NCBI GenBank assembly: GCA_934140355.1
Contig: CAKPBH010000002.1
Span: 1 to 61,236, forward strand
Direction: 5' to 3'
Length of the DNA: 61,236 bases
Source: an uncultured Bacilli bacterium
GTDB lineage: Bacteria; Bacillota_I; Bacilli_A; RF39; UBA660
The notes below the pieces were generated by a model. It had not been told where the DNA came from and made no database searches. It was given only the letters and a program-made list of their open reading frames with translations. The number at the start of each line of letters is the position of its first letter. The stretch's first letter is position 1. The translations under genes and the position numbers were made by a program. This document shows, piece after piece, positions 50,435 through 60,144 of the stretch.

Positions 50435-50825
50435 TCAACTTGATCAACTAATAAGCCTATTTATTGACAATGGCTGTTCTACAAAATTAACCCTATCCTT
50501 TATCACAAATAATCTAGATTATATTTTAAAGGATAAAAATATTATGAATAAAATCTATTTTATTTGTAATAATACCGAAATCTATGCTATTTTAATCGTA
50601 GATGATAATAACTATTCTTGGTCTATTTGCCAAGATAACGTTTCCTACCCACTCGAGAAAAAAGGAGACGAAAATAGTGACTACGTTATTGAAAAGATAA
50701 TTAACTATGCTAATGAGAAAAAATTTAAAAAAGTAATTCCTAACAGTTCAAAAATGAATACGGAAACTAAAATTAAAACTTTAAGAAATATCAAATTAAA
50801 TTCAAATGGCTATCATATTCAATAG
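50391..50825 (+). CDS. Hypothetical protein overlapping the 3-prime end of the kinase gene
   Basis: 44-nt overlap in the ORF track (23 nt if the start is M8, about 50412). No motif recognised. Confidence 0.4.
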   Translation: MERNQEKMQYQKHSDQLDQLISLFIDNGCSTKLTLSFITNNLDYILKDKNIMNKIYFICNNTEIYAILIVDDNNYSWSICQDNVSYPLEKKGDENSDYVIEKIINYANEKKFKKVIPNSSKMNTETKIKTLRNIKLNSNGYHIQ

Positions 50826-50878
50826 AAAAATACTTATTTAGAATATTCTTTAAAATAAGAAAAAACTAAATAAGTATT

Positions 50879-52429
50879 TTATTTTTCAGTTAAAATCTCC
50901 TTTGAAATTCCACTTCCCATATTTGGATAAAATGATGAATAAATAAAATCAGTACTAAAAAGAAGAAGAAAAACAATACAAAAAATATTTAATATTTTTA
51001 CGTTAAATTTCTTGTAGAAATTATCTAAAACAGGAGCAACAATATAAGTAAACCCGCATCCTCCTAGGCCGAATACTAATAATCCTTCTAGACAAATTCT
51101 GCCTTTTATATTTAAAAAATAACCAGTATAATCCCAATATTTTAAATGTTTAAATGTTTCTAAATACCAAGCAGTTCCATATTCTACAATACCACATAAG
51201 AAAAATGTTGCTAAAAATAGACACAAAGGATTATCTCGATATTTTTTTAAAAGAAACAAGATTAAAACTCCACCCGTACCATAAATCGGTAACCAAGGTC
51301 CATGCATTGTTCCTCGATTCACAAAAGTTCCATCACTAAGAAGATGTAAAAATACTTCCCAAAGATAACCAATGATCGAAAACGTCATAAAAAATAAAAT
51401 ATAAGTTTTTAAATCATAATCCTTATCATAATCTACTTTTAATAACCGATTCATTCTCCCAACAGGAATGCTAAATTTATCTTCTGGATAACTTCCTGTG
51501 ACCAAATCATTACTTTCTAAATATGAATCATTTAGTAAATAACCCTTGCTTAATGTATCTTTTTTCCTTTGTCGCAAAGACATGTATGCCTCAGCGTACA
51601 AAGTTTCTTTATAAATATCAGAGTAAAAAATTCCACTTAAATTTAGAGTACATATTTTTAAAATATTCCATCCAATTAGGGATAAATCAATCAAAAATAA
51701 ATTCCACTTTTCTTTGCTTGTTAATTGTTTTGCTAACAAAAAAGCATCTTTTTTCGTAATATTAGGATTTTCTGCTAAAAGATATGGGATAAACTTGTAT
51801 TCATAATGTTTGATAACACCACCGATAATTGTAAAATTCCAAAGAAATTGATGCCATGATTTTACAAATAAAATATAAGATAAATGAAAAATTTTACGAA
51901 CACGATAAGGAAATAATAATCGATCAATTTTAGTATCTAAATACCTTCTTTTTTCTAAAAAGTATCTACATTTTCCAATTTCAAGAACTTGAATAAATAA
52001 AATACTAATGATAAAAACTAGAATACTACTAATAACGATAGTAATTTGCATACTAATTTTATTATGAAAGAAAATTTTATTAAAAACATTTAAAGAAGTA
52101 AATACCAGTGAACGACTACTAACGAGTTCATTAATGAAATAAGAAATAACGCCTTTGGTATATTTATTTTGAACTTTGATTTCTAATTTCTTTTCTAATT
52201 TAGTTTTTTCTAGTAATTCATCTAAAATTTCACTACTAGTTAGTCTTTTGTTACTAAGTAATTGTTCTACTTTCTTATCACGAATATCTACTTCTAAAAT
52301 ATTTTTAGTAGTATAGTTAAATCCACCAGCTAAACACAAAGAACAAATAAATACTAATAATACAGTTCTAAAATACCCACTCTTTACTTCTCTTTTTGCT
52401 TTTTTCTTTAAATCTTTACTACTCATCAT
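50879..52429 (-). CDS. Polytopic membrane protein, DUF975-like N-terminal half and CmpB-like (putative ABC-transporter type IV) C-terminal half
   Basis: YLWEVFLHLLSDGTFVNRGTMHGPWLPIYGTGGVLI is typical of the CmpB-like family. Multiple TM helices. Confidence 0.6.
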   Translation of the reverse strand: MMSSKDLKKKAKREVKSGYFRTVLLVFICSLCLAGGFNYTTKNILEVDIRDKKVEQLLSNKRLTSSEILDELLEKTKLEKKLEIKVQNKYTKGVISYFINELVSSRSLVFTSLNVFNKIFFHNKISMQITIVISSILVFIISILFIQVLEIGKCRYFLEKRRYLDTKIDRLLFPYRVRKIFHLSYILFVKSWHQFLWNFTIIGGVIKHYEYKFIPYLLAENPNITKKDAFLLAKQLTSKEKWNLFLIDLSLIGWNILKICTLNLSGIFYSDIYKETLYAEAYMSLRQRKKDTLSKGYLLNDSYLESNDLVTGSYPEDKFSIPVGRMNRLLKVDYDKDYDLKTYILFFMTFSIIGYLWEVFLHLLSDGTFVNRGTMHGPWLPIYGTGGVLILFLLKKYRDNPLCLFLATFFLCGIVEYGTAWYLETFKHLKYWDYTGYFLNIKGRICLEGLLVFGLGGCGFTYIVAPVLDNFYKKFNVKILNIFCIVFLLLFSTDFIYSSFYPNMGSGISKEILTEK

Positions 52430-52504
52430 TTACACCGCCAAAAACATTATTTTTTATCTAAAAAATACTTTATAAAACAAAAAATCACCATTAAATATAT
52501 TTCG

Positions 52505-53986
52505 TTATTCAATTGTATAAGGATCAGCATAAGTTCCAGTTCCACCAGTTACAATAATGGAAGCCTTAAGCCGTAAAATGGGACGTAAACCATAATCTTC
52601 ACTTGAACTAGAAGTAAAAATTTGGCTTTCACTTTTACAAAAAGCCAGTGTCGGGGGAGAAGAATTTCGAACGGTAGAAAACCAATAATACCCACCATTA
52701 TTTATCAATACATCATTATCGTTATAAGATGTGCCAGAATATGCCTCTGATAATGTAATACCAGTAATAATTTTAAAATCAGAATCTTGAATATTCCAGG
52801 CACTACTACCGTTACAAACTCCACCATATGCATAAGTACTATTACAATATTTTAAAGCTGCTATATTCAAGTTGTTTACATGATCATCACTACTAGGACT
52901 AGAATTAACAGTATATTTATCAGCAGTTCCATTTTCATACCCAACTGATCCTGTCATTTTATACATTGTGGTACATGTTCCTGTCGATGAAGTACTTTGG
53001 CAAGTATAGGGATAAGAATCTATTGCTGTAGTAGAATCACTATACCAAAGAAGAGTACTAGAATACACTCCAGTTAAAGAATACACACCAGTCGATGGAT
53101 TGAAGGTATATCCACTTCCATAATAATATCTATCTTTTACATCAACACTTACACCCGTAGTAATTAATTGAGAATAATTAGAACCAATACATTCAGGTGC
53201 TCCTCCACTAACTAAATAAGCACTTCCATCTTTCGAATAAGCAACACGCCATCCATTTCTTAAAAATTGATGTGCACTATTGTTACAATATCCCATATTT
53301 CCTTCATTTGTATAATTTGCATTATCCCCCATACAATTATATCGCGAACAACCATTATTCCCTGTATATTTCACATAAGAGCCAGCAGGTACAGAAGATA
53401 ATAATACAGGTGCTGGATATTCTAAAATACTATTATCTACCTCATCATTATCGGAATAAGCACCTACACCATCAACCTTTATCTTAGCACTAAAATTTTT
53501 ATCCACTTCAGTATTTTTAATCTTATCCGAAATATAAATACGAATATCAATATTTACACTCTTATTTGGTAATAGAATAATATCTTCTTTAATGATATTA
53601 TTAGTACAACTATCAAAAGGCTTAGCCTCTAATTTTCCCACTTTTACCATAACAAATTGATGATCAATTTCACTAGTAGCGGTTGTCGGCGTTAGAATAA
53701 CATTGAATTTATAAGGGACTGTTCCATTATTTGTAACAGTAACTCGGTAAGGAGTCAACTTTCCTACTTCTTCCTCACTAGAAATAGGAATTGAAGAATC
53801 CAGTGTAACATTTTCATCACTTTTCAACGAAACAGATAAATTACCAGTTTGATACACATTAGCTTCTTCATCAATATCAGTAGAATTAAAGATAGAATAT
53901 GTACTTCCAATCATTAGTATAGATACTAACACGATAGAGATAACACTAGTAATAATTAATCTCTTCTTTGAATCCATTTCCATCAC
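52505..53986 (-). CDS. Secreted protein with TasA/SipW-type N-terminal region and C-terminal GTGT..DPY module
   Basis: TM helix followed by GSTYSIFNSTDIDEE. Beta-rich VTVTNNGTVPYKFNV. C-terminal YYWFSTV...GLRPILRLK...VTGGTGTYADPYTIE. Confidence 0.6.
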   Translation of the reverse strand: MMEMDSKKRLIITSVISIVLVSILMIGSTYSIFNSTDIDEEANVYQTGNLSVSLKSDENVTLDSSIPISSEEEVGKLTPYRVTVTNNGTVPYKFNVILTPTTATSEIDHQFVMVKVGKLEAKPFDSCTNNIIKEDIILLPNKSVNIDIRIYISDKIKNTEVDKNFSAKIKVDGVGAYSDNDEVDNSILEYPAPVLLSSVPAGSYVKYTGNNGCSRYNCMGDNANYTNEGNMGYCNNSAHQFLRNGWRVAYSKDGSAYLVSGGAPECIGSNYSQLITTGVSVDVKDRYYYGSGYTFNPSTGVYSLTGVYSSTLLWYSDSTTAIDSYPYTCQSTSSTGTCTTMYKMTGSVGYENGTADKYTVNSSPSSDDHVNNLNIAALKYCNSTYAYGGVCNGSSAWNIQDSDFKIITGITLSEAYSGTSYNDNDVLINNGGYYWFSTVRNSSPPTLAFCKSESQIFTSSSSEDYGLRPILRLKASIIVTGGTGTYADPYTIE

Positions 53987-55141
53987 CTATCTTCCGATTA
54001 AATACACAACCAATCCAAGCAAAGTCATAACAGATAAGATAATTAAAAACATTGAAGTTGCAATCAAACCCTTATTGCCCTGTTTTTCCAAAGTTCTTAC
54101 CTTTGGTTTATCTCTTTTAAATTCAACACCCAAATCATTAATATCTGAAATACTACCAATGTCCTCTCCATCTTTTAATAAATGATTATTATCAACATTA
54201 ATTTGATAGCCACTTCCTGCATTGATACTGCCAATTTTTTGAAATTCCTTATTATAAATATCATAATTGGAATAATCAATATAATACACATTCTCCTCTT
54301 CTCTCGTTTCTAATTCCTCAGAAGTAATTTCTAAATTCTGATTCTCTTTTGGAATGGCTTGTATTTCATTAACACTAGGATTTACAACCCGATACCCCTC
54401 ACCAGTACGTTCTATAGCACGATAAGTATTTTCACTATCAACATACGGATCTTTTTTAACAATTCCAATCTCAGTATTGACTTTATCATCTTTAGATGTT
54501 ACATCCAAACTAGCTTGTTCATATTCATTTTTAGCAGAATAATTCAATGCACTTTCTAAATAATACTGTCTTCTTTTTCTACTGATATTATCTAACACCA
54601 TATTTGCAACCATTTCCGGCGTTTTATTTTCAATATCATTTCTCTTGCTCACTTCTAAGCGTTCTAACTCTTCTTCTAATTCCTTATAACTTACCCCTTC
54701 TAGTATATATTCATTTGTCCCACTATCTCCTGTTCGAATAACATAGCTAACTTTTTTGCCATGTTCCTCTTTTTCAATAATATTTGCCTTAAAATAATTT
54801 TCTACTTGTAATTTTTGTTTGCCCTCATCAATTATTTTTGCTTGAGACCCAATTTTTAAATCATGAATGGTATCTTCACTTCTTGCTCTCTCTATTTCAT
54901 TCGTTACCAAAAAAGAAAAAGATAATCCTTGAGGCTGCCTTAAATTTTTTACCACAGCTTTACACATTTCCGCACAAATGATTTTATAATTATCATGCAT
55001 CAAAGCATCTCTAGAAATGATTAAATTCCCCTGTCCTGTTTCTTTAGAAACTCTCACTTCATAGCCAATATCACGATAAACACCCCAATAATAAATTTCT
55101 CTATCACTTTCAAAAAAAGGTTTTAAATCATTCATATTCAT
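53987..55141 (-). CDS. Tail-anchored hypothetical membrane protein
   Basis: A single C-terminal TM helix GLIATSMFLIILSVMTLLGLVVYLIG. Abuts the downstream gene with no gap. Confidence 0.5.
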   Translation of the reverse strand: MNMNDLKPFFESDREIYYWGVYRDIGYEVRVSKETGQGNLIISRDALMHDNYKIICAEMCKAVVKNLRQPQGLSFSFLVTNEIERARSEDTIHDLKIGSQAKIIDEGKQKLQVENYFKANIIEKEEHGKKVSYVIRTGDSGTNEYILEGVSYKELEEELERLEVSKRNDIENKTPEMVANMVLDNISRKRRQYYLESALNYSAKNEYEQASLDVTSKDDKVNTEIGIVKKDPYVDSENTYRAIERTGEGYRVVNPSVNEIQAIPKENQNLEITSEELETREEENVYYIDYSNYDIYNKEFQKIGSINAGSGYQINVDNNHLLKDGEDIGSISDINDLGVEFKRDKPKVRTLEKQGNKGLIATSMFLIILSVMTLLGLVVYLIGR

Positions 55142-55322
55142 CTTTCCTTATCACTCCTTGCTATCATAATGTAAGAATAACATAAATCAAAAAAAAAATA
55201 AAGAGTTATTCATAAAATTTATTATTTTGGATACTCTATAAACAAATATTTATTTTTGTTGATTATTTATCTTTTCAAATTGACAAAAAGTTTTCTAATA
55301 TGATAGATTATAAGAAGAAAGG

Positions 55323-55916
55323 ATGGTACAAAAAATGTTAAAAAAATTAAATCAAATCATGAATGAAGCAATTTTAATTTCAATTATTTTTCTAGTATTA
55401 GGAATTATTTTCTTAATATTCCCCAATATTTCTATCCATGTTATTGCCTATTTAATTGCTATTATCTTAATTGGAAGTGGAATTTATTTAATCTTCTTAG
55501 AAATATATACGAAAAGTTTTTTCCTACCAGTTGATACGCTATTTAACGGGATACTTTCAACAATATTTGGAATCATTATTTTAATTTATCCTGATATCTT
55601 TAAAATCATGATTCCCATTATCTTAGGAACCTATTTTATTCTAGATAGTATTTTTAAATTAAAACTCGTTGTTTTATTAAGAAGAATAGACAATAATCAC
55701 TGGATAATTACTTTACTCTCAACCATATTATCAACAATTTGTGGAATAATTTTAATCTTAAATCCAACAGATGGATCAATTGCCTTAGCCCTATTTACAG
55801 GAATTTGCCTAATCATCTATTCCCTTACAGGAATTATTGATATGATTTTATTCAAGAAAAATATTCATGATTTAGTAAAAGCTTTTAAAAAAAATATCAA
55901 AATTATTGAAGAATAA
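55323..55916 (+). CDS. HdeD/DUF308 family membrane protein
   Basis: Six TM helices with the pattern GIIFLIFP...LIAIILIGSGIYLI repeated. Confidence 0.7.
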   Translation: MVQKMLKKLNQIMNEAILISIIFLVLGIIFLIFPNISIHVIAYLIAIILIGSGIYLIFLEIYTKSFFLPVDTLFNGILSTIFGIIILIYPDIFKIMIPIILGTYFILDSIFKLKLVVLLRRIDNNHWIITLLSTILSTICGIILILNPTDGSIALALFTGICLIIYSLTGIIDMILFKKNIHDLVKAFKKNIKIIEE

Positions 55917-55980
55917 AAAAATACTAATTTAGATATTCTCTCTTAGATAGAGGTTTATTCTAAATCAGTATTCTTTTTTT
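55914..55980. terminator. Bidirectional terminator hairpin between convergent genes
   Basis: aatactaatttaga (55920-55933) pairs with tctaaatcagtatt (55959-55972), 13/14, flanked by an A-run and a T-run. Confidence 0.55.
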
Positions 55981-56683
55981 AACATTTTTTTGGATTACAA
56001 ATTTTATTCACATTCGCTACACATTCAATAGAACATTTAATTTTTTCATAGCTTTCCTTCTCAATTTGTGCAGTCAACTCCATAAAAGCATCCGTTTGAT
56101 TCTCACTAATTCCATCTGTTATCGATTGGGGCTTACCATCTACTATTGAAATAATACTAGGTGCATAGATTCTCTTTTCTCCAGTTTCTATTTTTTCTCC
56201 CGTTTCAGTATCTAGCGTATAATTATCCAGTAGCGGATCAAAAAGTTGAAGCAATGTTTGATAATCTTCTGTTCCTTCTTTTACTTTTACCAAATTACCA
56301 TCCTTTATTTGATAACTATCCCTCATTTCTTTTATATTTATATAATAAATCGTAGTTAATCCAAGATCATTTCCCACTTCTAAAAGCGTTGAAATAACAC
56401 TTCTACACCAAGGACACTCAGGAAACCCTAAATATAGAACAAAACTTTCTGAAGCATCCATTTTTTCTTTTAATTGTTTTACACTCAAATAAACAACAGA
56501 ATTATTCTTATCAATGGTTAAATTTCTAGAAACCTTCCCCTCTATTTTTTGACCATTATACTCTTCATATTCTTTTTTAAATTTTAAAGAATCACGCTCT
56601 TCTCCTCCTCTTGTAGCACAACCACTTAAAAATAAAATCCCCACTACTATTATAATGAATATTTTTTTCATCAATTTTATCAC
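55979..56683 (-). CDS. Thioredoxin-fold lipoprotein
   Basis: Lipobox FLSGC. Active site PECPWCRS. Confidence 0.7.
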   Translation of the reverse strand: MIKLMKKIFIIIVVGILFLSGCATRGGEERDSLKFKKEYEEYNGQKIEGKVSRNLTIDKNNSVVYLSVKQLKEKMDASESFVLYLGFPECPWCRSVISTLLEVGNDLGLTTIYYINIKEMRDSYQIKDGNLVKVKEGTEDYQTLLQLFDPLLDNYTLDTETGEKIETGEKRIYAPSIISIVDGKPQSITDGISENQTDAFMELTAQIEKESYEKIKCSIECVANVNKICNPKKC

Positions 56684-56785
56684 CTACCATTATTCAGTAT
56701 AGAGGAGATTGATTTAAAAGACAATAAAGAAAAAGTTGAATTTTACTCAACCCAGCGTTTAGCAAAAAAAAGAGACCCAATGCCT

Positions 56786-57472
56786 CTATTTACAATCATT
56801 ATCTAATTTAATAGGAACTTGATAAAGCTCTATTTTCCCATTTTTATTTTTTCCTTTAATTTCTAAATAAACTTTAGATGAAGTAAGAGTCTTACAACTC
56901 CTAGAATAATCATCAACATGAATCTCTACTTCTTTCAAATAATCATCTAAACTGATATCCCTCTTTACTGGACAAGTACTGATCTTTTTCTTCTCCTCTT
57001 TATATTCTTCATATAAATTACAAGAAATTTCCTCATAGATAGTTGCGTTTTCTTCTCCACAATAATCAATATTAGATATATAAATAGAAGATTTTTCTTG
57101 ATTATAGGCAATACTGCCAGTAACTTTAAAATCCTCACAATCACTAGAAACTTTTTTTAAATAAAATTCATGATTATGGTAGTATAAAAAGATAAAAAAG
57201 AATAAAGTAAAAAGAAGAAGAAACAAAAGAAGAAAAAGCCACCTCGACATTGTTTTTTGCCTCTTTTGACTTCCCGTAATCATCGTATCAATATCCACAC
57301 CAAAAAGACGACTAATTTCTTTTAAAGTACTAATATCAGGAATATTCAAACCCCGCTCCCACTTTGAAACTGCTTGGTAAGTTACCCCCAACATATCAGC
57401 AAGCTGCTTTTGTGTTAAATGATTTTCTTTTCGCAAATTTTTAATAAACTTTTGAATATTCTCCTGCTCCAT
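56786..57472 (-). CDS. XRE-family HTH regulator with TM helix and extracytoplasmic domain
   Basis: LRKENHLTQKQLADMLGVTYQAVSKWERGLNIPD. TM helix WLFLLLFLLLFTLFFFIFLYY. Confidence 0.8.
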   Translation of the reverse strand: MEQENIQKFIKNLRKENHLTQKQLADMLGVTYQAVSKWERGLNIPDISTLKEISRLFGVDIDTMITGSQKRQKTMSRWLFLLLFLLLFTLFFFIFLYYHNHEFYLKKVSSDCEDFKVTGSIAYNQEKSSIYISNIDYCGEENATIYEEISCNLYEEYKEEKKKISTCPVKRDISLDDYLKEVEIHVDDYSRSCKTLTSSKVYLEIKGKNKNGKIELYQVPIKLDNDCK

Positions 57473-57488
57473 ATCTCTCCTACCACCA

Positions 57489-57722
57489 CTAATCTATGTT
57501 TTTTATTCCTGTAACCAAATAGCCCAATTTTTCGATTATTTCTTTTAATCGTTCAACATCAACCGTATCACGATAAATAATCACAACTTCCTGTCTTTCA
57601 ATATTACCCTTTACTTTTTTAATATTATCTTCCTCGCTTAGACTTTTTCTTATTCGATCAAGACAATTAGAACAATGCATTCCAGAGAGATAAATTACCA
57701 TTTTTTTATGAGAAAAAAGCAT
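57489..57722 (-). CDS. Heavy-metal-associated (CopZ-like) domain protein
   Basis: GMHCSNC metal-binding motif. Likely start is M8 (about 57701). Confidence 0.7.
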   Translation of the reverse strand: MLFSHKKMVIYLSGMHCSNCLDRIRKSLSEEDNIKKVKGNIERQEVVIIYRDTVDVERLKEIIEKLGYLVTGIKNID

Positions 57723-57827
57723 AATTATCCCTTCCCTTTCTTTATCATTATAGCTTTATCTTTAAAGTCTGTCAAATGATAATTTAATCTATCATTCCAT
57801 ACTTTTTTTACTAAACATAACATTTGT

Positions 57828-58301
57828 TTATTCTTCTTTTAACAACTCTTTTAATAGAAAAATTACCCGAAGAAGGATGAGTTCTTTATTTTTTTCTCGA
57901 GCAATTGCACCTACCTCTAACACTTCATCAAGAAAAATATCCCTCTTTCGATCATAAAGACTAATATAAACCAGATTATTTTTTCCACCTAAATTAAATT
58001 TATCTTCTCGATTTAATTTTCCCGTAATACCAATGCCATATCTACTATTAGCAAATTCAACAATCGCCTTACTCATATCCCGAGCAACTTCCATACTATA
58101 AACAGTATAGGCATTAATATCTTTTTCGGACACACCCAATTTTATCTTATAAAAATTAGAATATGTTACCGCACCAAAAGAAAATACTTCACTAGAACCT
58201 TCAATATTAGTAATTGCATTAGCAATATAACCTCCCGTTGCTGATTCCATTGTTGCAATACTCTCTTTTTTTTCTGTTAATATCTTGATGATTTCCTCCA
58301 T
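57828..58301 (-). CDS. CinA C-terminal domain / nicotinamide-nucleotide amidohydrolase PncC family
   Basis: IATMESATGGYIANAITNIEGSS. Confidence 0.8.
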   Translation of the reverse strand: MEEIIKILTEKKESIATMESATGGYIANAITNIEGSSEVFSFGAVTYSNFYKIKLGVSEKDINAYTVYSMEVARDMSKAIVEFANSRYGIGITGKLNREDKFNLGGKNNLVYISLYDRKRDIFLDEVLEVGAIAREKNKELILLRVIFLLKELLKEE

Positions 58302-58356
58302 TCTCCTTCCCTCCTTTTATTTTTTTATCTTATCATGAGAAAAAATTTCTGTCAAA

Positions 58357-58824
58357 TTAGTTAAAGGCTAGTTCGGTCTCGATATCTTGATCAGTATAAG
58401 CAATATATAAAAGAATTATCCCTGCTATAACAATAAATAAACTACTAAGAAAAGATAAATATACCTGTTCTTTCCTCTTTTGACTATCCGTATCTTTTAA
58501 ACTTTGTAAATCTTTGATACTATCTAAAAAATAATAAGAATAAGTAATTAAGGCACTAGCAAAAATAACAATCATTAATTCCCGATACCTTTTTTTACTC
58601 TCCTCTCGATTATAAATTAAAAAATCTCGTTCTAATTGATTGGCTATAAAAGAAAGAAGAATAATGATAATTAATACAAGCCAAATAATTTCTTCTATTT
58701 CTAATTTTTTTAGTCTAGAAACAAACTCTTCATTCATACTAATATATATGAAATATTGATTAAAAAGAAACATTAAAGTTAAAAAAAGACAAAAACCCAA
58801 TAATATGTGATATAATTTCAACAT
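58357..58824 (-). CDS. Hypothetical membrane protein
   Basis: Four predicted TM helices. No motif recognised. Confidence 0.45.
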   Translation of the reverse strand: MLKLYHILLGFCLFLTLMFLFNQYFIYISMNEEFVSRLKKLEIEEIIWLVLIIIILLSFIANQLERDFLIYNREESKKRYRELMIVIFASALITYSYYFLDSIKDLQSLKDTDSQKRKEQVYLSFLSSLFIVIAGIILLYIAYTDQDIETELAFN

Positions 58825-58848
58825 ACATTAAATGAGAAAGGAGTTATT

Positions 58849-59232
58849 ATGGAAAAGAAAAATCGTTTCGTTGCCAATCAAGTGGAAGATTTAAGATTAA
58901 GTGTAATTACTCTAGTAACTAGTCAAAATAATGGCATATTTGATGAAATCGAACGAGAATTCAACCAATCTATTACTTATCAACTACTAAAAGATAGCAA
59001 AACAAATTTCTATCTATTAGATTCCAGTCAACTACTTGAATTATGGCAAAAAGAACAAATAATAAAAATAGAATTAGGTTCCTTTTTTAAAGCATCAAAT
59101 AACAAACTTATTATAAGTATGCAAGAGATCATTAAAAAAGAAATTTTAGAAAGTGCTCTAAAAGATAATCTAACAGCAGAAGACGCTTATCATGGTTACT
59201 TAAAAAAAAGAAACCGATTCAAAAAAAGATAA
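58849..59232 (+). CDS. Hypothetical protein
   Basis: AAGGAG RBS. 127 aa. No motif recognised. Confidence 0.4.
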   Translation: MEKKNRFVANQVEDLRLSVITLVTSQNNGIFDEIEREFNQSITYQLLKDSKTNFYLLDSSQLLELWQKEQIIKIELGSFFKASNNKLIISMQEIIKKEILESALKDNLTAEDAYHGYLKKRNRFKKR

Positions 59233-59352
59233 AAAAACTACTTCCCTAATCAATGAAAGGAACAAATAAGTAGTTTTTTTCTTTAAAAGAAAATCCCCCA
59301 TTTTAACTTGTAGTTTTTAAGAAAATGATTTATAATGATGATGGTGAAGTAG

Positions 59353-60144
59353 ATGAAAACAAAAGAAAGAAAAAGAAAACAAAAAAAAATAACGACCACT
59401 TCTAAAGAAGATAACACACGTTCAAAAAAAGAAAATATTTATGATAAAATAGAAAAAATAATGATTCAATCTGCCATTACTTTTGGCCTTATTTTACTTT
59501 TAATCACTTGGGGAACAATTCCGGTTATCATAACTAGTCTATTTAATATAGATTATAAAAAATTACCACAAGCACTAAATGTATTTTTATCTTTTTTAAA
59601 TGATATAATATTAATTTTAATCTTAATATCCATATATAAAAAAGATATAGTAAGAGATTTTAAAAACTTCTTCCAAAAAGAGAATGTTTTAAAAAATATA
59701 AAAACCGCTGTTAGTTTTTGGCTATTTGGCTTAATGATTATGATAATTAGCAATTCTATTATCTCTACTATTACAAACGGACAACTAGCAGCAAACGAAG
59801 AGGCAGTAAGAAAATTAGTTCGTCTCTATCCTTTGTATATGGCTTTTCAACTCATTATTTATGCTCCATTAACAGAAGAAATTATCTTTCGAAAAAGTAT
59901 TAGAAATATTACCAACAATAAATACCTTTATATTTTTCTAACAGGATTTATCTTTGGAGGAATGCATGTCATTTCTTCTCTAAGTAGTATTTCTGATTTA
60001 CTTTATTTAATTCCCTATTGTAGTCTTGGATTTGTCTTTGGTTACCTTTATGATAAGACCAATAATCTCTTTTTTACAATCACAGCTCATGCCTTTCATA
60101 ATACATTAGCTCTTGTTCTTTATTTGATTCAGGTGATATTATGA
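59353..60144 (+). CDS. CPBP family intramembrane glutamic endopeptidase (CAAX protease-like)
   Basis: PLTEEIIFRKS, FGGMHV, AHAFHN motifs. Confidence 0.85.
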   Translation: MKTKERKRKQKKITTTSKEDNTRSKKENIYDKIEKIMIQSAITFGLILLLITWGTIPVIITSLFNIDYKKLPQALNVFLSFLNDIILILILISIYKKDIVRDFKNFFQKENVLKNIKTAVSFWLFGLMIMIISNSIISTITNGQLAANEEAVRKLVRLYPLYMAFQLIIYAPLTEEIIFRKSIRNITNNKYLYIFLTGFIFGGMHVISSLSSISDLLYLIPYCSLGFVFGYLYDKTNNLFFTITAHAFHNTLALVLYLIQVIL

